Below, piece by piece: positions 39,768 to 50,800 of a stretch of DNA of 64,000 nt. Where the stretch lies: positions 128,001 to 192,000 of IMG/VR virus record IMGVR_UViG_3300031993_000004; one strand, written 5' to 3'. A model generated the notes under the pieces. That model did no database searches. It had not been told where the DNA came from and was given only the letters and a program-made list of their open reading frames with translations. The stretch comes from a virus (lineage: Duplodnaviria; Caudoviricetes). Position 1 is the first letter of the stretch; the number at the start of each line of letters is the position of its first letter. The position numbers and the translations under genes were made by a program.

Positions 39768-42700
39768 ATGGCAAATATATTTGTCTATGAAAGCAGAATG
39801 TGGAAAGCGAGAGAAGAGTTCACCGCGGCAGGTGAATATTCTTTCACACTTCCAGCGGGTGAACATCTATTGATGTGTCATGGCGCTGCAGGCGGTTCCA
39901 CATATAATAATTATCATAATCTCGGCGGTGTTTCATACGGCATCATCAACTTGAATCAAGCTACACCAATGCATGCATATGTTGGTGGTAATGGCGGAGA
40001 TCCAGGTGTAAATGGATATGACATCGGTGATGGCGGTTATAATGGTGGCGGTTCGGGTGGCAGAGCATACTATAATAATGCATCATACAAAGCCGGTGCT
40101 GGTGGTGGTGGAGCATCTGATATTCGTATCCACACACCTGGCGAAATGTCACCTGATGAACCTTACACGCCGACGATTCCATCCGGATACAAACGTGTGG
40201 AATATTTAAATGTAAACAGTGCATATTTCAATACTGGATACATTGCAACAGAAAACACGACGTTTGTTTTTTCTGTTGAATATGAAACGAAGTCGAGTTC
40301 AAACACAGAATATGCGATACTCGGTACACAATCTGGACAGAATACAAATCCTGGTTGGGCCGTGTGGTTAAACTCATATTACGATAATACCCCGAAGATG
40401 GCATCCATCTATGGAACCATGGAATGGGGTTCAGGTGCGTCGGCTGGTGTGTATATGATTCCAACACGTATACCATCAAACACCCGTGCTGTATATCAGG
40501 TTGACAAATGGGGCACGTTCGTAAACGGTCATCCATTGTGTTACAATTCTGACATCACCGGTTCGCCGCAATCAGATCAAACAATCATTTTCTGTTGTGT
40601 AAGACGCGCAAATAGTATCATGTCAGCACGTATATTCAACGGTAAAGCATATTATCTGCGCGCATTTGAATACGAAAATGGTGAACATGTGTTGAAGATG
40701 GAGTTGATTCCGTGTATCCGTTTGTCCGATAATGTATGCGGATTCTATGATACGCAAAACGACACGTTTATCCCACGTATTCAGTACCAAGGTGATGCAT
40801 CACCCGGACCTGCTACAACAGGAACAATGGACAGACCGGTTGTGACTGAACGATACAAGCCTACGATTCCAGATGAATATACACAGCTCGAATATCTTCA
40901 AACCCCGGGTGGAATCTATTTTGATTCCGGTTATAATGCGAATGTAAACACCGCAATTACATTCCGTGATACCATCACCTCTGGTACCAGCAACGAGTGT
41001 ATTTTTGGTACGCAATCCGGAACAAATGTGAATCCAGGATGGGCATGTTGGCAATACATGAATGGATCATATCTTGGATTGGCATCCATTTATGGTACGA
41101 TGAGCTGGAGTGAGTCATACTTGTATTCAACTGGAATCCCGTATGGCTATTCCGCGTTCTATCGTGTTGAAAAAGATCGGACATTCGTGAACTTGAAACA
41201 ACTTTCGAGTTACGAGCCGTCTGGTACACCCGAACCAAATCGTTCATTGTTCATCATGGCCTGTCGACGTGAAAATGGTTTTGCCGGTAATGCTATCACT
41301 GGTAAGCTGTATCACTTCCGAATCTATGAGAAACAAGCTGACGACACATATGAACTGGTACATGAGTTTGTTCCATGCAAACGCGTATCGGACGATGTGA
41401 TCGGTTTGTATGATACAGTGGCAGATCCGGTTTCCGGTGATCATCAGTTCCTTGAACCGATTTCTTCCGGAAATGTGTTGACTGCGGGACCGACAGGAAA
41501 TTTCCCAATCGTTGACTATGACGGTACAGATGTTAGTGGTGCCTCGGGTACAGATCCAGCCGTGTATGCGTCGTTGAACACACGCATTATGGTTGCAGGC
41601 GGTGGTGGTGGCGGACTCCCATGGACCAATAATTCGGTTGAGAACTATCAAGACAATCGTTTGTATTTAAATTATCTCGGATATGCCGGCCTCGGCGGTG
41701 GTATCAATGGTGGATTCCGTGAGATTCGCACAAATGCCACAGTCGATCGCATCTATGCAACACAAGATTCTGGTGCATCTTTTGGCTTCGGTCAAAGTGG
41801 AAGAAATTCTGCTCAAAATAACTACTATGGATACAGTGGTGCATCCGGTGGTGGCGGTGGATGGTTTGGTGGTTATGCTTCAACCAGTACCGCAACATAT
41901 ACCGACGCATCCGGTGGTGGTGGTTCCGGATATGTGTTAACGAGTTCTTCATATATTCCCCAGGATTACATGGAGAATTATCAACCATATCAGATGACAA
42001 AAACGTTCATGGGTGGAGGATATGCAGAATCCGCATGTGTCCGTGTATGCGAACCATGCGAAACACCACATGCTGGTGATGTCATCACCATTTATGGTTT
42101 CGGCAAAAAACAACGTATTGATCTTCCACCTGGACAATATCGTTTAAAATGTTGGGGTGCATGCGGTGGTGGCTACTATAATGCGACATATATCGCACGT
42201 GGTGGCTATGCTGAAGGTGTCTTGACATTAACAACACCAGCTACATTGTATGCATACGTCGGTGGTTCTGGTATGTATCATAATATGATCTCATATGACT
42301 ATACATATCAGATGCGTCCTGATTTAAGTTTCAATGGTGGTGGTGCTGCTACGTTGTACGGACAGCAGACCGCATGTTATTATACAGGATTCCCCGGTGG
42401 TGGTGCATCAGACATTCGAATCAATACAGATTCATTGAATGCACGTGTTATTGTTGCTGGTGGTGCTGCTGGCACTGCTTGTTGTTCTGGTTCAATCCTT
42501 TCAAAAGGCGGCGTTGGTGGTGGTACAACCGGTGGCGAAGGTATATATCCAAACCAACAATCACGAAACTGCTATTTGTCAGGTCCTGGTACACAAACTG
42601 GTGCGGTGCCAGCTGAGCTCGATGCAATCATGGGTGGTTTCGGATATGGCGGAAATTCGTCAGGTGGTGGAACACCATATGTGTCAGCCGGTGGTGGCGG

Positions 42701-43370
42701 TGGATGGTACGGCGGTGGATCATCCGCAAGAATTTACGGAAATAATCAGTCGTACTATACAGGTCCAGCACATGGTGGATCAGGTTATACATTCACCGAA
42801 GGATCATACAAGCCAGACGGGTATTTGTTGTCCGATGATTACAAACTGACAGAACCATTACTTGTTGCTGGTGGTAATGATCTTCCACTCGGTGTATCCA
42901 AGATCGTGATTGAAGTTATCGATACAAAGATCGTTCGTGTCTTGTGTCGTGACCAATATGGAATCAAGTACTACGATGAAGACCTTGGGCGTTGGAAAGT
43001 CATTCTTGATGCAGAGCTGAGTCCTGAGTTGTTCATGGAATATGGTTCATTGAACATGAATTCTGATGAAGGACTCGATGACAACTACGAGCTTTTGATT
43101 TACGATCCGGAAGATACGACTTCAAAGCTCGAAATGAATGTCGTTCCAAATGAACAGACAATCACGAATGAAACAATGACTGATATCACAATACGTGATA
43201 TGTCACAAAAACTTGACTTCGATCCTTCTGTGTATGACATCAACATCACCGCACGTCGTCAAACACTTTCTGTCGGAACGAAGATCACGACAACCTTCAA
43301 AGTGAAAAAGAAGACGCAGACTGATGATACTGCGAAGGTATTTTACGTCACATACTCCGACGGAAATTGA
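39768..43370 (+). CDS. Glycine-rich tail fibre/adhesin with two tandem LamG/ConA-like domains
   Basis: Two Gly-rich domains (GGGASDIR...RIMVAGGGGG, GGGGGWYGG). The first is interrupted by two homologous domains that start PTIPSGYKRVEYL and PTIPDEYTQLEYL and end PCxRxSDxVxGxYDT. Confidence 0.72.
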   Translation: MANIFVYESRMWKAREEFTAAGEYSFTLPAGEHLLMCHGAAGGSTYNNYHNLGGVSYGIINLNQATPMHAYVGGNGGDPGVNGYDIGDGGYNGGGSGGRAYYNNASYKAGAGGGGASDIRIHTPGEMSPDEPYTPTIPSGYKRVEYLNVNSAYFNTGYIATENTTFVFSVEYETKSSSNTEYAILGTQSGQNTNPGWAVWLNSYYDNTPKMASIYGTMEWGSGASAGVYMIPTRIPSNTRAVYQVDKWGTFVNGHPLCYNSDITGSPQSDQTIIFCCVRRANSIMSARIFNGKAYYLRAFEYENGEHVLKMELIPCIRLSDNVCGFYDTQNDTFIPRIQYQGDASPGPATTGTMDRPVVTERYKPTIPDEYTQLEYLQTPGGIYFDSGYNANVNTAITFRDTITSGTSNECIFGTQSGTNVNPGWACWQYMNGSYLGLASIYGTMSWSESYLYSTGIPYGYSAFYRVEKDRTFVNLKQLSSYEPSGTPEPNRSLFIMACRRENGFAGNAITGKLYHFRIYEKQADDTYELVHEFVPCKRVSDDVIGLYDTVADPVSGDHQFLEPISSGNVLTAGPTGNFPIVDYDGTDVSGASGTDPAVYASLNTRIMVAGGGGGGLPWTNNSVENYQDNRLYLNYLGYAGLGGGINGGFREIRTNATVDRIYATQDSGASFGFGQSGRNSAQNNYYGYSGASGGGGGWFGGYASTSTATYTDASGGGGSGYVLTSSSYIPQDYMENYQPYQMTKTFMGGGYAESACVRVCEPCETPHAGDVITIYGFGKKQRIDLPPGQYRLKCWGACGGGYYNATYIARGGYAEGVLTLTTPATLYAYVGGSGMYHNMISYDYTYQMRPDLSFNGGGAATLYGQQTACYYTGFPGGGASDIRINTDSLNARVIVAGGAAGTACCSGSILSKGGVGGGTTGGEGIYPNQQSRNCYLSGPGTQTGAVPAELDAIMGGFGYGGNSSGGGTPYVSAGGGGGWYGGGSSARIYGNNQSYYTGPAHGGSGYTFTEGSYKPDGYLLSDDYKLTEPLLVAGGNDLPLGVSKIVIEVIDTKIVRVLCRDQYGIKYYDEDLGRWKVILDAELSPELFMEYGSLNMNSDEGLDDNYELLIYDPEDTTSKLEMNVVPNEQTITNETMTDITIRDMSQKLDFDPSVYDINITARRQTLSVGTKITTTFKVKKKTQTDDTAKVFYVTYSDGN

Positions 43371-43384
43371 GGAGGTGAAAGCAC

Positions 43385-44641
43385 ATGAGTGAGCATTTGC
43401 TCCCTGTAAAGACCGGAAACGAACAGTTTCCGGTCACATACAGGAACATTGGATATGGTGTCGATAGCTATTATTGCGGAATCACGTATGAACACAATGC
43501 CATGTTGTTCTGTTTAAAACAAAACCATTACAACTCAAACCAGTCTGCGACATACAACGGTAAGGCATTTATTGACGTCATCAATCTGTTTACTGGTGAT
43601 ATACGTCATTATGCGGAACTTGATTACTTCACTGATCTGGACCAATCAGATATTGGTGGTATTGTCGTCGATGATAATTATTTATATATATCCAACGCAT
43701 GGACCAATACAGACAGTTATCGCCGTATATTCATATTCAAGTTGAAAGATTGGAGTAGCCCATCGTTACAGCTTGAACGTGTTGGTGCCTATAAATATAG
43801 CGGTGGTTATTATGCTGCCACTGGAAAACTGATTCAGTGTGATAGAAACACATTGGTCTCAATGACACGAACAGATCTGATATTATTCGATATCAATCAC
43901 CGTGCATATATCCCGTATGCACATGGGTTTGGTAATGATATCCGCGATTATGCTGTTGGAAACAAGTATATCGTGATAACAAAAGATGCCAATTCAACGC
44001 CAAATGTCAGATTGTTTAATCGATCGACGAAAGAATTCACATCAGTATCGTTACCAACAACAGGTGTTGCCAGTGTCGGTTATTACGGCGGAAAGTATTT
44101 CTTTGCCAATGCAAATTATTTGTACATCATGGATGAAGAAACACTTGAAATTTTGACGACAAAGAATATTCCGTGGACAAAAGCCGCGGATCTCTGTGTA
44201 TCTGATCATGCAGTATATGTCATTCAAGATAATTCCGCATATGCGTACATCTATGATTATGAGCATGATGAAACGCAGAAGTTCATGCTTTCATGGACGA
44301 TTCCGACCACGAACACCAGTAACATTACACGATGCTGTGTTTCAGAGAACTTCTGGTTTATTTACCGGAACACACTGATGTCATGTGACTATTCCGGATA
44401 TTCAAAATACAACTTTGGATACAAGTATGAATCCATCGTTGTATTGTGTAACATCTCACAAATCCAGAAGTTCACATACGACTCAAGGTTCGTCACGTTT
44501 ACGGAAACATTTATGTTCGTACATGACGGAGATCTCGAATATACATTCGAACCCGTTGAAGATCAGGAACATATCAAATCCGTTTCGATTTCGAAATCGG
44601 ATTATCGTTTCATAAATAGCATTCAATTCAAATCAGAATGA
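43385..44641 (+). CDS. Putative beta-propeller virion protein (418 aa)
   Basis: Repeated blade-like segments such as IVVDDNYLYI, YAVGNKYIVI and LCVSDHAVYV. Confidence 0.6.
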   Translation: MSEHLLPVKTGNEQFPVTYRNIGYGVDSYYCGITYEHNAMLFCLKQNHYNSNQSATYNGKAFIDVINLFTGDIRHYAELDYFTDLDQSDIGGIVVDDNYLYISNAWTNTDSYRRIFIFKLKDWSSPSLQLERVGAYKYSGGYYAATGKLIQCDRNTLVSMTRTDLILFDINHRAYIPYAHGFGNDIRDYAVGNKYIVITKDANSTPNVRLFNRSTKEFTSVSLPTTGVASVGYYGGKYFFANANYLYIMDEETLEILTTKNIPWTKAADLCVSDHAVYVIQDNSAYAYIYDYEHDETQKFMLSWTIPTTNTSNITRCCVSENFWFIYRNTLMSCDYSGYSKYNFGYKYESIVVLCNISQIQKFTYDSRFVTFTETFMFVHDGDLEYTFEPVEDQEHIKSVSISKSDYRFINSIQFKSE

Positions 44642-44655
44642 AAGGAGATGATAAT

Positions 44656-47280
44656 ATGCATGGAGAACAGTTGGATCCCAAGTTTCAACGTGCAATGGAA
44701 TTTGCAAAGAATTTCAAGCAAAAGCACCGTGGAACGAGTATATCCAATATGTATGTGATTCAAGCGATTGATCGTGACGGAAACGTCGTTGACGAAAAGT
44801 ATGGTATGAACCTTATGACAAACTATGGTATGACACAATATTTTGTCACCGCATCATCAGCGTTTCCAACCAACCTTTACATTGGAAACGGTTCTGGTAC
44901 GTTCAATCACACAACAAATACACTGTTAAGTCCAATTACTACAACCGCCGCATCAATCAAAAGTACAACAAAGTCATATGCATATCCTGTATATTATGAC
45001 CCAATCGAAGGCATCGTAACAACGGTTGTGAAATATATAGACGTGTATTTCAATTATTCGGTAACTGGAATCGATGGTCCTGTTGATATTTCCGAATATG
45101 GCATTGGTACCGCTCACAATCTGTTGTGGACACATTCATGGGTTTACAACTCTGCTGGTCAGAAAGACACCGTTCGAAAAGACTTGAATACACGTTTGGA
45201 CATTACCGTGTACATGTGTATGTCCTTCTCAACATCATTGATTGAAGATGCTTGGGCTGAAGGCAAGTGTATTTGTATCACGAACCCATCCAGATTCTTC
45301 AATCGTTCTGGTGTGACAATGAACGAATCGAATCTGTACACGTTCAGACGATTCGATTACTATGACAGAACCAAGACCCATACAACTGGTTATGCTGACA
45401 ATGTTCAGACAATCACGTCGAATATGGGTGCGTTTACTCTGTTGCCACCCGACATGTCGGATACAAGTGCGAATGTGTATGTCGACGGATTCATCTCGTG
45501 GAATGCGGGTCTTAATATGATGGAACGTGGATTTATGCCAACTCCTATCGCGTTTGATCGTGTTGGAAAACCGGATTCTACGTATATTGATAGACCCGAT
45601 GGTTTCACATTTGCGTTCGGTGCAACTGGTTGCAACATTCCATTTACACAAGCTGACATCACCGCGTCTTATACGTACAACTATAAGACTGGTCAGTATA
45701 CGTGTCCAGACCATTTTGTGAATGATGCACGGAAATGGTACAATGAGATGTCGTTTGATCTGAACTTTGCTACAACTGCAAGATTCACAAACAACAACGA
45801 AGTCGTTGACATTAAGCTGTTCCGCAATTTGAATACAGAAGACCCGATTATCGCAATTGATTCCGCCAATACGACAGTGTATGCAACAGATACGTATTGG
45901 AGCACGGCATCTTGGGTTCGCATCGAGGACCTGTCTGCTGTTCCGGCGGCAGTACAGAACAAACGGTACTGGTTGACAACTGACGACGTCGCAATTTCAC
46001 CGGTGCGCGGTCTTCCATATTTCGAATTCCTTGCATCTGATGGCGTGACACATGCTCCGACATTGCAATTCCGTGCTGCGGATTACACGATGGCATATAA
46101 ACGCTCGACATTCGACCGCGGACCACAAAAGAAGTGGTTCGTCCTTGGCAACAGGATTTACATTGCCGCGCGTGGTGACCTGGTTGTCCAATCAACCGGA
46201 CCATATGCGATCGGGTACAATAACCTTGTGATGCATTATGATCGGGAAGGAACGGCGACATCATTCTATCAGACTGATGTGACGGAACTTCCGACACCAA
46301 CACCTGTTCAGGTTTCAACAACGGGTTCATTGAATTTCCGTTATGCACATATCACAGAATCTGAAAACGGGTATGCAATCGCAGCTGCTTCGAACAATTC
46401 GAACATCACACTCAAATTTGATTTGACTGGTGCTTCAATTGTTCAAACGCAACTGACGAACACGATTGATGCTATTTGCATTCCGAGATCTCAGTATTAC
46501 GCATATATCGAAGATGCGAATCCGCGTCGTATTTTCGTCAAGAAATTGTCTGATGATACTACCATCAAACAATTGGATTTGCGTTCTGATTATGCTGCTC
46601 CGATCTTCTTGTTTGGTTGGCGAAATTATCTGTATATCACGGATACGGCAAACTATGTGTATCTGTATGATATCTCACAGGATGTTCTGACGGAACTTGA
46701 TACCCTGATTCCTGGGTCTGCATACAACAGAAGCAACCGTGGCAGTAGCAATGATCATGCGTTTATGGCGACAAGTAACAATGGATTGGTTCTGTACAAG
46801 GGTGCAATGAATAACGGTTATGATGATACATTCATTATCACGTACGATAATCCAACTGTGATTCATTCACTTGCTGGTATGACCGATGGAGGATTGGGTT
46901 CTAAGAAGAACGCTTGTATCGATCTGATCGATGTAAACACGGATTCATTGCTGATGGTACGCCAGTGTACAACATCTTCATCAAGTACATACTATTCTGC
47001 ATTTGTTGCAACTGATATCGGAAAGTATATTCGTGAACAAGTTGTCGAGGGCATCTATAAGGGCGGCAATAACCGTTATCCGTTTGCATTGTTCGGTGAG
47101 TTCTATGTGTGTGACAACCGGACATTCCATGTTGGAAATTTGATGCATCACAGACTGGTTGGTACAACACGTTGTATCACGACTGCGAATGGTCAGAAGA
47201 ATATTTCTAACAAACGATGGACATTGTCCGTCACAAACCTGGGTGGTTATTCCGGTCTCCCACCTGGGACTCGTCAGTGA
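44656..47280 (+). CDS. Tail fibre/receptor-binding-like protein, paralogue A (874 aa)
   Basis: N-terminal NMYVIQ...YGMNLMTNYG...ISEYGIG is a baseplate-anchor-like domain. Thr/Tyr/Asn-rich, with a propeller-like C-half. Confidence 0.65.
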   Translation: MHGEQLDPKFQRAMEFAKNFKQKHRGTSISNMYVIQAIDRDGNVVDEKYGMNLMTNYGMTQYFVTASSAFPTNLYIGNGSGTFNHTTNTLLSPITTTAASIKSTTKSYAYPVYYDPIEGIVTTVVKYIDVYFNYSVTGIDGPVDISEYGIGTAHNLLWTHSWVYNSAGQKDTVRKDLNTRLDITVYMCMSFSTSLIEDAWAEGKCICITNPSRFFNRSGVTMNESNLYTFRRFDYYDRTKTHTTGYADNVQTITSNMGAFTLLPPDMSDTSANVYVDGFISWNAGLNMMERGFMPTPIAFDRVGKPDSTYIDRPDGFTFAFGATGCNIPFTQADITASYTYNYKTGQYTCPDHFVNDARKWYNEMSFDLNFATTARFTNNNEVVDIKLFRNLNTEDPIIAIDSANTTVYATDTYWSTASWVRIEDLSAVPAAVQNKRYWLTTDDVAISPVRGLPYFEFLASDGVTHAPTLQFRAADYTMAYKRSTFDRGPQKKWFVLGNRIYIAARGDLVVQSTGPYAIGYNNLVMHYDREGTATSFYQTDVTELPTPTPVQVSTTGSLNFRYAHITESENGYAIAAASNNSNITLKFDLTGASIVQTQLTNTIDAICIPRSQYYAYIEDANPRRIFVKKLSDDTTIKQLDLRSDYAAPIFLFGWRNYLYITDTANYVYLYDISQDVLTELDTLIPGSAYNRSNRGSSNDHAFMATSNNGLVLYKGAMNNGYDDTFIITYDNPTVIHSLAGMTDGGLGSKKNACIDLIDVNTDSLLMVRQCTTSSSSTYYSAFVATDIGKYIREQVVEGIYKGGNNRYPFALFGEFYVCDNRTFHVGNLMHHRLVGTTRCITTANGQKNISNKRWTLSVTNLGGYSGLPPGTRQ

Positions 47281-47291
47281 GGTGAGTTTCA

Positions 47292-47804
47292 ATGTCAGGA
47301 ATTCATAAATCACGAGAAGTATACAAGTATACACCGACACGAAGCGGTAGAAAACTTGTACCCGTACGAGGATTATATGTATCGGGACTCCACACGGAGC
47401 CCCGATATATGGATCACTGGTTGGAAGTTGCTGGTTATACATCCAATGACGGTGACATTGTCGATTACACTGAAATCGCAGTTGATAAGTATATTCCAAC
47501 ACACACGGTTATTGGTATTGAGTCGGCTCCGATTGATGTCGTTGATTATACAACATCCGAAAGAAATGCGTTAATTTATACACACTCAGTCATCGGTGTT
47601 GAAAGTGACTCGGTCGACATAGTCGAATACACAACATCAAAACCAAGCGCATATATTCCGGCACATACAATACTGCACGTTGAGAGTGGCGGTGATCCAA
47701 CAGTTATCGATTATTCCCAACTGCGAATTGATTCATCGATGGAGCATATCCTGACAATCAACGGATATACTTCATCTGAATGTATCATCGCAGATGTAAC
47801 CTAA
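47292..47804 (+). CDS. Repeat protein (about 27-aa tandem repeats)
   Basis: HTVIGIESAPIDVVDYTT-type unit repeated about 5 times. Confidence 0.75.
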   Translation: MSGIHKSREVYKYTPTRSGRKLVPVRGLYVSGLHTEPRYMDHWLEVAGYTSNDGDIVDYTEIAVDKYIPTHTVIGIESAPIDVVDYTTSERNALIYTHSVIGVESDSVDIVEYTTSKPSAYIPAHTILHVESGGDPTVIDYSQLRIDSSMEHILTINGYTSSECIIADVT

Positions 47805-47825
47805 TAAAGAAAGGGTGATAATGAC

Positions 47826-50800
47826 ATGAATGAAATTACACAACGCACCGGCTCGATCTTTGATGAGCATCCGCAGTTGCGAACATTCCGTGAAAATTTC
47901 ATGAAACACCATCCGGATGTAAACTTTGATGCGAAGAATTTGTATGTGATTCAATCATTCAACCAAGATGGTGAACTGACTGATGAACATTACGGATTGA
48001 ATCTGATCACCGATGGTGGTCTTACTGCGATGAATGCAAACACCAACAACACCAACGGAAAACTTGCACTTTTGGAAGGTGTTGAAGAAGCTTCGTCTGT
48101 GTTGGAATATGCTTTTCCAACATATACTGCAATAATCAATAACACGTCAACTGACACCGCTAATTCTGTGTATCCTATGGCGTATGATTCGACAACAGGG
48201 ATTGTAACGCAACATGCATCCAAAACAAAATGGATATATGATTACAATATCGATGGTATCACAAGAGACATCGAAGTGAATTGTATCATATATTATTACA
48301 CTGGCACAGGTGCCGGCGGCTTCAACAATACCCCGGTCGCAAAGGTCACAACGTATGATGTGAACGGTCTGCCAGCATCATTCACCAAACATCTGAATGA
48401 AAAGATGGTCATCACGCTTTATATTGTGAATTCTTTTCATGAGGATTTGATTGATGATGCTTATGACCAAGGTATCTACATTACAATGAATCCTGGTAGA
48501 ATCGCGGGAATAGGCTCTGGATCAAATATATGGGCTAAACAGTGGATGTGTTGGAGTTCCCTTTACACCGCTTATGATGCGACGGACAACAGTGCATATA
48601 CCAAAACATATACGTCATTGAGTAATTTGTCATATTATTCGGAATCAAAGTATATGCAACAGAACGGCGAGATGACTGATTCCAATTACTCAGGTTGGAC
48701 ACTCATGACAGATCCGAGATGTTTCTACAGTAGATCAATGCTCAGGTTTGGAAACTGGTATTCATCCGGATTCAGTGATGGAGGTGTAATACATATCACT
48801 GAAGAGATGAAACTTGCCACCCCGGAAGAGATCGTGTGCGATACTGTATATACGAATAACTCAGAAACAGGATCACTGTCAAACACATTCGGTTTATGTG
48901 CGTTCGCTGTCGAGTATTGCCAAGGAATGATCCCTGTCGCAGATTTTTCAATATCAGCAGTAAAGGGCTACAATTATACGACACATGCTTGGGATATCGA
49001 TATCTCGTTCATTGATGAGCCTGATGCTTATTATGACAATCCATTTTGTCAGTCTAGACTGAATGTCGGTATAAGTGGAGCGACTCCACAGTGGGACAAT
49101 TATGTGTACACAAACCCGCGTGCAAAAACAATCACTGGACGACCACCTGCCGTACCTGTAACTGCTCTTGCGCCCACTGCTTCAAAAGTGTATACAATGT
49201 ATGCCACTGATAAATGGTGGGATGTAAGTTCATGGGAGCTGATTGCAAACAGAAATGCCATTCCGCAATCGCTCCAGAATAAGAAGTATTTCATCTCATC
49301 TGGTGGTGACAATGATACCCTGATACCAACATATGATCAGGCGGTTCATCGTTTGAACGTCGGTACGGAACATACCGTGCTGAATACACCGGCGGCACCA
49401 TATTGGGTACAAGGATTCAGACCCATTATCAACAAAGATGATGGATGGATTCTTGTTCAGGATCATATCCTGTTCATGAACGGTAACGATGTTGCTGCAT
49501 CGTATCGTCTTCATGGTCCTGAGATGGTTCCATGGATGTATTATAGTACAAGATGGGAATACGCATATCAGAATCTGTATGTGTATGATGGTACGGATTA
49601 TGTGTTGAACACAAGTCCAACGTATAACTCCAGAACGACGTATTATATTGATGGACTCGACGAGTATACGATTCGGTATAATGTCGGAAATAAACTGCTC
49701 GTTGGCTCTCATGTTGGAACATACAACACCGGGTATCCAACGAAGCTTCGCTTGTATACAATCATTGATGCGTCTACTCCACCAACATACATTGACATCA
49801 CGGTTGATACAAACACGACTAACCGCCAGTATTTCTCTATGTATTCTGGTTCTCAGAGTGGATACTATGTCATTCAGGATCAGCAGACACATTGTGCGAA
49901 TATCATATCTCTTGCAGATGGTTCTGTTGTGAAGCTTGAGAATGTCATGTACTGCTTCGCCGTCGAGTATTCGAATTATTGTGTGTACATGGATTACAAT
50001 TCAAGCCCAATCATGTTCCATGTATACGACATGACGACGAATACAATCAGGAGTGACATCATATTGCCGTCGGAATATGCAAACATTGTGTACATGTGTG
50101 GCTGGCGTGATTACGTGTACATCAAATCGACATCCGGTACGTCGTCTTATGTTAACATCATTAATGTTGAAGATGGTTCTATCAACCTGAGTAGCGTTGT
50201 AATTCCAAACGTGTTCCCATCATTGACATATAACTCCGGTAGTGCAGTTGCCAACGCATGGAGACTCAACATGCTTGTCGGTCAGATGTATACAGAAGAA
50301 TGCATGATCATTTCACAACCGTGGCAAGGATCGAATTCTCCAATTGTAATCAAATATTCTGACCCTGAAACTACATTTGATTTGTTCAAAAACGGTTATC
50401 TGAATGAACGACCGATTGATGCATATTTCGAACGTAATAACTACAATGGAAAATCGGGTAGCCTTGTGTCATATATCGTACATGATGAGCAATCCATTTC
50501 CCAATCAAAGTTGTTGCTGGTGAATGCTTTGGGTACACAGGTTGGATACCAATCTGCAACGTCCAAGGAGTACTGGATATACGATTCGTCTGAATTCTAT
50601 CCGTCCGTGTTGGATATTGGTCTTGCAATCGATTCTGGTTCTCCAACGAATCTGTGCCGTTTTCACGGCATGAAAACCACGGATGCAACTTATTCTCACG
50701 GCGCACTTGTGTACTGGAACAACGGCATCATCCGAATTGATAAGAATGGCGATGGGGTGTGGCGTCCGTTGCAATGGTTCATTGCTTCACAGGTAACTGG

